DNA of 64,000 bases from Candidatus Uhrbacteria bacterium (GTDB taxonomy: Bacteria > Patescibacteriota > Patescibacteriia > UBA9934 > GWF2-40-263). This document shows positions 18,647-28,700 of the stretch, piece after piece; position 1 is the stretch's first letter, and every line of letters starts with the position of its first letter. The notes beneath the pieces were generated by a model. That model made no database searches, was not told the DNA's origin, and saw only the letters and a program-made list of their open reading frames with translations. The stretch covers positions 71 to 64,070 of the forward strand of contig JAZDHJ010000059.1 of NCBI GenBank assembly GCA_043805995.1, written 5' to 3'. Position numbers and translations under genes: made by a program.

Positions 18647-18879
18647 GGGGTGCGAATAACGAATTTTGTTATCCCGCCGACGGAGGCCTTCCTCCTACGC
18701 TCGGGCTTCGGAAGGACAGGTTGGCGGGATCCCGCTCCGAGGCCTACGAGGCGGGACGAATCTACGAATCTACGAATATGAATTTTCGTCCGTAGAGACG
18801 TTGCATTGCAACGTCTCTACGATCGATCGCCGACATTCGTATATTCGTAAATTCGTAATTGATTCGTTATTCGCACCCC
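18647..18879. repeat. Composite MITE-like palindrome containing family B, a nested family A (18690-18720) and a central GTAG hairpin
   Basis: Terminal IR GGGGTGCGAATAACGAAT / ATTCGTTATTCGCACCCC; homologous to 36235-36431. Confidence 0.85.
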
Positions 18880-18884
18880 AATCT

Positions 18885-19763
18885 CTACAACCTTCCTTCC
18901 CCAAGCGGATTGTAACCACCGTCTATTTCGACCTTATCGGAATAACCATCGCCGTCGGTATCAGATTTGGCTGGATCGGTTTTGTATTTATGATACTCGT
19001 CATAGTCAGAAAGTCCATCACTATCTGAATCTATGTTTTCATCACTGATGCCAAGTCGTTTTTCAATTGACGCGTCAAGATTATCCAAATCTTTATCACC
19101 AACCCCAACCGAATCAACGCAACCGCCCTGATCTTGGGGGTTCGACAAAAGCATGCACTGGCCAGGATCTCTGGACGCAATCGCCTTACTTAAGGCTTCT
19201 TGTCTAGTACAAATACTCGGATCAATACCAGTTCCTTGGCATCCTTTTTGCTGAGCAATCTGTTCAGAGACAGTATTAATACATCTGGTTTTACCAATTT
19301 CGCTATTAATTTTTTCGCACCAAGACAAATCTAAATTCACCCCAGCCAAACTTCGATAAACCGTATCCTGACAACCGGTTTGTTTTTCCTTGATTGGAAT
19401 ATTTTTACAGGCTTCAGGATCATTTTCTTGTAAAGCTATTTTCCAAACACAAGTCACCAAAGAGTCATCGGTCAGCTTATTGCAAATTTCAGCTGAACCG
19501 ATTGAACCGGCACTCATTTCCACCATATCAGCTCGACACTGTTCAGGAATTTTAGCTTGATCGCATTCAGACAAAGTTCGGTCCAACTCCAAACTTACTC
19601 GTTCAATGACCGCGGCCTGCTGACCAGCTTCGGTTTTTGTCGAAATCAACCACCTGGCCCCAAAAATAATCAAAATGATAAGAATAACCGTGCCACCAAT
19701 TATAGCAATTGTCTTCCAAGAAATAGGCCCTCGGGTAGGCGCATATTGATCAAAACCGTTCAT
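18885..19763 (-). CDS. Single-TM protein with Cys-rich helical repeats and C-terminal DxDxDG repeats
   Basis: Repeating C...A....D...C..I......C units; DSDSDGLSD, DTDGDGYSD..E..GYNPLGEG. Confidence 0.85.
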   Translation of the reverse strand: MNGFDQYAPTRGPISWKTIAIIGGTVILIILIIFGARWLISTKTEAGQQAAVIERVSLELDRTLSECDQAKIPEQCRADMVEMSAGSIGSAEICNKLTDDSLVTCVWKIALQENDPEACKNIPIKEKQTGCQDTVYRSLAGVNLDLSWCEKINSEIGKTRCINTVSEQIAQQKGCQGTGIDPSICTRQEALSKAIASRDPGQCMLLSNPQDQGGCVDSVGVGDKDLDNLDASIEKRLGISDENIDSDSDGLSDYDEYHKYKTDPAKSDTDGDGYSDKVEIDGGYNPLGEGRL

Positions 19764-19775
19764 AAAAAGCAAAAG

Positions 19776-22700
19776 TTATCTGATCGGACAATAGTTTAAA
19801 CTTATATTACTAATGTTAATTGTACCAGTTCCGTTAAAATCAAATTTTATTGGAATCTCACTTTCTGTGGCGCCGTTACAAGCAAAACCTTCTGGGAAAG
19901 GTATGGTTACACCATTACCTTCGGTTACTGGCCCAGAAGTTATATGAGTTCTGTTATTAACTTCCGTGGTTAATCCAATATGCATATTTACAATGCTCCC
20001 AAGTATTGAATCGAACATTGATGTAAAACCCGAAGCTGTGGTGGCCGAATAGGCATACTCAACACCGTCTTCAGCGTTCTCACGACAATCGGTAACACTT
20101 TCAAAAGGATCGTTGGCTGGATAATTGCAAGACTGCGGGATAGATTCACTACAATAACCATCGATATCATCATCACTAAAAATACAGTTACCTTCGGCAC
20201 ACTGACTATCGTCCCAACAATCGTAGAGTTCTTCCTCATCATTAAGATCCTCGCAATAACCTATTATTCCATCGTTACAAACTGAATCACGGTGATCCTC
20301 TTCTACGTCTGCACATGTAATTGTCGGATCGTTTGAGCAACCGCCTAAACTGCTACACGATGGATAATCTCCACCGCAAGTCGTTCCATCCAGACTGCAC
20401 GTTCCAAGGGCAGAAGAGTTTGTGTCACAGTCATCACTGGAAAAATGTCTCATGTAGCCCAGAACGGTATCAGAATCATCCAGAGGTAAGGCGGCCGAAT
20501 AAACTTTAATTCCAGCTGCCGTTAACTCATTAGTAACAACTCGAGCTTCATCCGCGGCTGTGTCAATAAATTCAGAATAAGCCTCGCCATATGAACCATC
20601 TGACATTCTGACATTTGGCAAACCGTCGCTTAAAAGGATAACGATTTTACTTTGAGCATTCGAACGTGATAATAAATCTTTTGCGCATAACAAACCCGCA
20701 GCTGTTGGTGTTCCATTCTGTAAACGAGAAGCATAAGAAACAACACCGTGATCCGAATCATACAAAAGATCACTTTGGATATTTGTAAAACCCGCATCAG
20801 TAAACGCCAATGGCACCGCATCGTCTCTGCTGGTAACACAAGCCGAGGCAAGAATTGCCAGACCTTGATCAGTTGTCAGACCTTGATCCCAAAGGCTTTC
20901 TTCACCAGAAAAACTGACTAACGCAATTCGCAATTCATCAATATGATCAAAAAGGTCGTCTATTGTTTGAGATAAAACTTCGGTCGCAACACTAATACTG
21001 GTTCCAGGAGCCATTGGCGTATTTGTGTAACCCATAGTAGTGGAGAGATCGGTCACAAAAACAATGTCAGTAGAAGGCGGTGTCCAATTAGTGGTATCGA
21101 TATCGGCGGTTATAGCTGTGCCTATTTCGCAAGCCGGAATAAATAACGTTGCCAAATCAGGACTGTTACCGGCCCGATTATTAAAATCATAAAGATCGGC
21201 GCTGGTTTGTTTGGAAGCTCCGGCTAATTCGGTTTGAATCAAAATCGAAGTTGATTCATAAGTTGTCGGACAAGTAGCGTCGCAGCTATTGGCGCAAGCC
21301 GGCTCAACACAAATTCCCGCGTCGCCAGACTCATCTAATCCGCATTCCTTAGAACTGCTATATGATCCGACCACATTCACACACGGTTCGGCATTGTAAT
21401 AATATTGGTTTGTCGATTCATAACCCCCATTACAAGCTCCAACGTTTTCACAAGTATAACCCGTGGCACAGTCGGCTGGTTGTTCACAGACTGAACCAAT
21501 AATACGTAAACTTGGATCGATTGAACCGCTGAAACAGTACCTGGGAGAATCGACACCATCGCAAAACTCGCCGGTCTGGACAGTTGCATCGCCGCAGTAG
21601 GCACCAGAAACTGTGGTGTACTGACAATTTATGTTGCAATAAGAACAAGTGTCATCATATTCTGGTGAGCAAACATCACCATTTTCATTTCCATTGTCAC
21701 AGGTTTCGTGACCGGCATAAACATAATCATCACCACAAACACTGACTGTACATTCAGAAGTACAATCATCGGTACTATCATCATTACCATCATCGCATTC
21801 TTCATCACCTTCTAAAATTCCATTACCGCAAACTTGATCGCCACCCAAACAAGCGGTCCAAGTTTCCCAAGTACAAGTCGCGCCAGGGGCGTCATTGCAA
21901 GTTCTGGTACGTGACAGTTGATACTCGGCCGAGCTGCAGGTACCGTTTGCGGCCGCGCAATCCGAACCACAAGGATAACCATCTTTAATTCCTCCATCGC
22001 TGCTCTCGCAAACTCTGGCAATATTACAAGCTTGAAATCCCGTAGCGTTACCGCAAACTCCACCGGTTCCGCAATCACTGTCCACGGTGCATTCTTCATT
22101 AATATTGGTTCCGGCGCTACAAAGACTGCCACTCCACGATTCGTAACCACCATCACAGACTTCGGGACCATTCAGCTCACCGTCACCGCAAGACGGACCC
22201 GGGAAGGTGCAATCAAAAGCGCAAGTATCGTCGTAAGTTGTATCGTACTGACCATTGGCGGCGTCACAACTGTTGATAGAGGCCCAACTGGTGGCAGGCA
22301 GATTTGAAGACCAATTGATGGTTGAATAGCAATCACATTCTTCACCACCAGCAATAAAACCATCGCCGCAAGAAAAAGAACCACCGTTACAGCTTTGACT
22401 ACAATGACCATAAGTACCATTTTCTTCTCCGTCGTCACAAAGTTCTGTTCCCTCTTTTACGCCATTACCACAAGAATAAGGAATGCAAGCCGACGTGGCC
22501 GCTGTCTGCCAAGCGCAAGTGCTAACTGAATTCACCATTGTTTCCACACAACCAATATTTTGAGTACCTCCTGTACAAGTTCGAGATTCGTATTCACCGA
22601 TTTCACAAACCTCGGCCTCGTTAACAGTTAACGTATTTGGATTATCTGTTGCCTTAACCCCATCTCCACAACGAGACGAAGAAGTTCCCATGGTTACATT

Positions 22701-25700
22701 ACTACACATTGGTCCGGTTGTTTGAAAACCGCCCGATGTTGCCGGATTTGTTAATGCCGATTCTGCTGAAGATGATGTATAAGCATACTCAGCATAAAGC
22801 GTGGCGTTGTCGGCTGAGTCGTCATCAAGTGAGTAACCCCAGGTTCCGATAATATCACTGCCTTCAAGTTGTACGCCTAATTTATAAGCCACGCCGCCAA
22901 GATTTTGGTAAAGATAAACGTGCGAGCCCTCATGACAAGTAAATTGCCCGGCCGCACTGTCCCAACAATAATTTTCATCGGCACCGGCATGACAACCAAC
23001 AAATTCATTTATTGGATCCGTCGGCAAAGTTGTCCCCAAAGCATTATCTAATTCTGATGTCCATGAAGGCCAAGTGCTGGTAGTAAAAGATGAAAGGAAG
23101 GTACCGCTAATTAATGGCGGCACGTGTTGCTGACAAATTTCATTACCCGGACAATCATCATCTTCGCCGCACAACTGATCGGAGGTTACCGAACAATAAC
23201 TGAAAAGCTGACCATAATTATCAATAATCGTGGCGATTTTACGAGCGTCGGTTAAACGTTTTAAATCTCGAGTCAATTTAGCTTTTTCTCCATCACAAAA
23301 AGCCGAGTCGTCAGTTATTGTTCCACCAGACTGAGTTACTCCCTGACAATCACCGTCCCAATCGCAGGAGACGAGATTTTCGTCTGTATCGTAAACGTAA
23401 TTTACACTTATGGAATCCTCAGTACCTCGACTTTTACAGACATTATCGGAACAAAAGAGTGAACCAGCGCCCGCATCGCATTCTTCGTTTAAAGTGCAGG
23501 GATAAGGTTGACCATCTGAATCAAGAACGGTTTCTTCTGTCGGCAAAGTTATGGTAACAGAATCTTTACAAACATTTACATCGGTGATTACCGAATCGTT
23601 GGTGTTGAAAGTCCAACTATCCAAAACTTGACCAAAAATATTTTCCATTTCGTCACTTGCACCCTCATTATAAGAAATGACGTAAATATTTGGATAAAGA
23701 ATTTTTGTCGAAGTGACTGGATCATTAGAATTGACTGCGGAAACATAATAAGTATTTCCGTCTTGTACCGCTTCGTAACCATCAACAGTGGTCTCTGAAG
23801 GTGAGCCGGTAAAACCTTGATCGGCAAACCAATCGGCTGGAGTAAGATAATTAGGATTTGGTAAAACCCGAACGCCGATGGCGTCGTTATTTGCCAAAAA
23901 GAGCAATTCTTTAAAGATTGTGGTCGAAGCAACCGAGGTTACTTCCCTCACAGTTAAGCTAGGTAAGAGATCAGTTGAACCGGCTTGATCTCGACAGTAG
24001 GAGAAGGCGAAATTGGTGAAATTACCGGTAGCCGACAAACCAAGTTCGACAGCACTAGAGCTCGTGTCTTCAAAACGATAACTACCACCAGTCCTTCTGG
24101 TGGCCGGCCAAGGATTGCTGCAAAGGAAAGTTGTCAAATCAGTTTGACCTGTAACAGATGCATTGACTGTTCTGCCGGAAGAATCAACACTTGTGATATT
24201 TGCCGAGATAACAGCCTGAACCGTTCCATCCTGAGTTTCCGAAGTGGCAGTAGTTGTTCCGGTACCAGTGGCAGCTGGAATGTTCACAATGGTTTCATCG
24301 CTAGCTTCAGTTGAACTCCAAGCACCCCAAGCCCAAGAATAAACACCTGTTATGCTTTGAATCTGTGAGGCCACGGCTCCGTTTAGTGTGAATCCAGCGG
24401 CTGTCAAAGTATGTTGTTCGCCGGTTGATGAGAAAAACCCTGGACTCGGATCTTCATAAATATCGGCACCGATTATTCCGTTATCAATAACCGAAACGTA
24501 ATCAAGAGTACAAATATCTGCCCTGGTCACAAACATGCTTGATTCATTGTTTAACAAATCAACGCCGTCAGCGCTCATCGCTCCGTTTGTATAAGTACCG
24601 GTTGAATTAGACTCACCCATTATGAATAAACTATATTCAGCGTTGGCCACCAAAGCTTCTGGCAAATCAAGGCCAATTTTTGTGGGAGTTACCAGGGTAT
24701 AATTTACCGGCACCAGACAGGCTGAAATTGTCGTGGCTTGAGCACCAAAAATTTGCAAAATATTATCTCTTAACCAATGCCAGGCCCGAACCAACAAATT
24801 TTCATCTTCGTTATTTTCCAAAGTCAAAGAAACAACAGAAGTATAAGACTCCGGGCATTCTGTCAAATCGTCAACAGAATTACCGGCCGTACAACTAGCG
24901 TCTATACAATCTATTTTATTCAATTTCAAATACAAAGTACCTGAATTTTTTACAGCCTCAACATCCATTGGTTGACTGAAATTAACCCAAACTGCCGTAT
25001 TACGACAAACACTTGTCGCACTAATCTCTGGATAACGTCCGAGAACCGTCGGACGACTAAAACAACAACTGGAATTACCGCAGCCGTAACTATTTGCATC
25101 AGTAGTAGAATTGCAGCTGGCATCGGTGGTACAAGAACACTGCAAAGTTAAATAACCATCGCCTGTTTTATTACTTACATCTTCTTTGGCTGTAATTTTC
25201 GAAGAAGCAGAATTTCCTCCCTGGTCGCGAATCTCTTGTTGCGCCGTGTTGGAAATATAAGCCAAGACAAAAGGAGCAATCCTTGTTGCACTGGCCGAAG
25301 TTGCCTCGCACTCTTCCCCAGTTTCCCTGACACCATTACCACAAACAGCGCGACGAGAATCACTTGAACCTTCGGACAAACAGCTGGAAGAACAACCGTC
25401 GCCGCTCACAGAATTTTCATCATCACAATCTTCGCCAGTCTGAGGAACACCGCCGTTACCACACAGCGAATTATAAATAGACGAGGAACCTTCGTTCGTA
25501 CAACTCGATGAACAACCGTCACTGTTTGTAGTGTTTTCGTCATCGCAATCTTCGCCTCCTTCAACAACACCGTCGCCACAAATGGCCGGATAATTACTTC
25601 TTGATTCAGAACCAAGATTCAAACAATTCGCAGAACAATTATTGGCCGAATTTTCATTACCATAATCGCATTCCTCGCCACCAGCTTGATCGCTATGGGC

Positions 25701-28700
25701 CACATCACCGTTTCCGCAAGTTGTACCAACCGAAGAAGCACCAACAGATAAACAAGTTGCTGAACAACCAGGATGACTAGTCAATGCCGGATGGCCTGTC
25801 GACGCCCCAAAATCACAATCTTCACCTGCATTAATGGTTCCATTACCACAAGTTGAACCCGTTGTTCCTATATTCAAACAAGTTGTGGAACAACCAATAC
25901 CACCGTCGCAATCTTCACCCGGTTCTACACATTGCCCATTATTGACATTACATTTTTCGCCGACGCTACAATCACTGTCTGCATCACAATCAAAAACTGC
26001 ATTGTTACCGCAAATGGCCACCGGTGCCGGCGAACCGGTATTTAGACAAAGACTAGAACAACCTACTGGCAAACTTGAAGCGACCCTTAGAGGACTTGTT
26101 CCGCTATAACCAAACAGAGAAGCCACGGTTGCGATTGTGTCGGCCAATTGTCCCTCGTAATCTGTAGCCGTCCAAGCTTCCCAATTATATCCGGAAGCAA
26201 TCAGACGCTGACCTTCGTCAGAACAGTCGTCGGCTGTACCGAATGGCACAGCGGTAAATCGCTGGATATCACCGATTCTTTGCAAAGTGGCCGAGCTTGG
26301 TTCAACTTCAACCCGATCCACTTCGCAGGTAGCATCACCGGTCGTAAAAGTCCAAGTAAGATCACCGTTATACCAAGCCATGTCTCCAACAGCCTCGGCC
26401 AAAGTGGAACCGCTGTCTGATTCGGCATCTTTAGAAACCGTCACGCGGTATGAAGTGTTGGCAATTAAATCAGAGTGGTTAATTATTAATTGATAAATTC
26501 CATTTATAGCATCACCTGTATAAACCGGTGAAATGTGTAAACTGGAAGTTACATCGGTTACTTCGTCTGGAGCGCAGGCTTCGTCTTCACATCCAAACAA
26601 CTTGACTCGATTGTTAGCAAAAGTGTCGACTTTCATGGCCAGATTAAATGTGAGACCAATCTCGGCATTCAAACAAGCCTCGGAACAACTTGGCCAATAA
26701 TTACTAACTTGCGGATCAGAAAAATTAATGGTTAATTCACCAGAACCATCGACGCTTCTTTCACCCCCATTACCATAGTTAAGTTCAAACCAAATTGAAA
26801 CAGGCGATCCGACGGCGGTTTCTTGATACGGCAAAGCCAAGGCGTCGCATATGGAATCCTGCACTCCAACCGTGTTCGGATCTATATCGGCCGCTCTATC
26901 TACAACTGCAGCTTTGGTACTGTTTCTTGAACCGAAATCCCAAAAATTATCCCCGGAATCGCAAGTTAAAAGAGTGCATTCGTATTCCTCTGACACCGGT
27001 GTAGCCGAATAAACTACGGCCCCTGTGCAAGTTAAATCACCCGCCTGACAAATACTATTGGCAGTATACTCAGCCGGATCAACTAAAACCCCCCCAACCG
27101 TACAAGGCTCGCCGTCGGCCGAGGTTTCAAAATACCAGACATAATTTTGCAGCATACCCAAACCTCTTGCACTTAAAACACCGGTTTCGCCACCAGAAAC
27201 TGTTACCTGGTAACGTTTACCCGGGAGCCAACCAGATCCTTCCGGATAATTTGGTTGCCAAAAAAAGCTCCGACTGGTCGGACTCGAAGCCACAGTCATT
27301 GGTACAACTGTCGTGCAGGAATCGCCGACGCATTCTTTAACTAAAATAGTACTGGCCGTAAAAGTTGACGAATTCATGTCCTCGGTAAAAGACACGTGCA
27401 ATATTGCATCTGAACAAACATCTGTGCCACCCTCCCAACCTTCATAAGGCGACGGTGAAACGATTCTTGGGGAGACGCCCGGCGCTGAACACTCCACTTG
27501 AATTGCCGGATTATGTGGAATATCACCGGTGGAAAAACGATAAGCATAATGGGCAGCAAAAGATTCTGCCCCACCACAGCCTAAAGTTGTAGACGAACAA
27601 GCTCCAGTATCGCAACATTCTTGACCGGTAGCACAAGTAAAATCAACATCGCACATTCCAACCTGAAAATTTATAGAATTTGATTCTTGTCCGTCCTTAT
27701 CGACTATAAAAACCGGACCGGTTTCAGTACCTTCTGGCACTGACATTGGATGAGCAATATTACCGAGAATCTGACCGTCGTCCCAAGTAACCGGAGTCGG
27801 GGTGACCTCTACGCCATTATAAAATTCCACTTTTCCAAAAGGAGCCACCGTGCCGGCATCGTCCTCAAATCCCTCACCATAAATCGCCACAGTTGTACCC
27901 ACCGGACCAGCGTCTGGAACCAAAGCACAAATACCAGGCGAGGCCTCACCAGCAGTCACCAAAAAATCGATAGTATCCGAAGACAAGCCACCACGCACCA
28001 CCCATAAATCATGCAAACCGGCAACTACTGCCGGACTGGTTTGAGTTAAGCCATAAACCGCCGGAACCTTGATGACAATTGTGTCGTCTGACCAATAAAC
28101 CGATTCGCAAGCGTCAGGAAAATTATTATTGCCAAGCCCTTCGTATTCAGTTGATTGATTTTGAAAACGAACCGTGCCTTGAGTGGTGCCAAAATTTGAG
28201 CCATAAATTGTTACGTATTGTCCGGCCGGACCGGCATCAAGACAAGACGAACCACCGCAATCCGCATCGCTTGAACAAAGAACTGTGGAATCATTAACAC
28301 AACGCCTTAAACCAGAATCAACATCGATAATAACCGGCGGTTCGGTATTGGAAGAAGTGCTAACCGCAAATTCTTTAACATTGGAGCCTTGGCGGCTATC
28401 AGCCTCACCGGAAAAAAATTGAACATCATAAAAACCACTGTCCAAAAGCGGCGAAATGACAGAAAAAGAAGTTCCATCAGAATTCCAATTGGCATAACTG
28501 GCGGCTTCGTAACTGCCAAAATAAAAAGTGGAATTGCTCAATTCAGCACCAAAATTTTTTCCAGATACCGCCACAGAATCACCACCCTGACCCGCATTCG
28601 GCGATATATTACAAATACCTGGTCGAACTGTAGTATTCACGTCAAAATCACCAATGACAGATCCGTTATCATCATTAGTTTGGTCAAATTTATCATTAAC

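Noticed and set aside
25280-26030. Cys-rich tandem repeats as a CRISPR or DGR-type array
   Set aside because: They are degenerate protein-level repeats inside a CDS; no identical DNA repeats, spacers, cas genes or reverse transcriptase.
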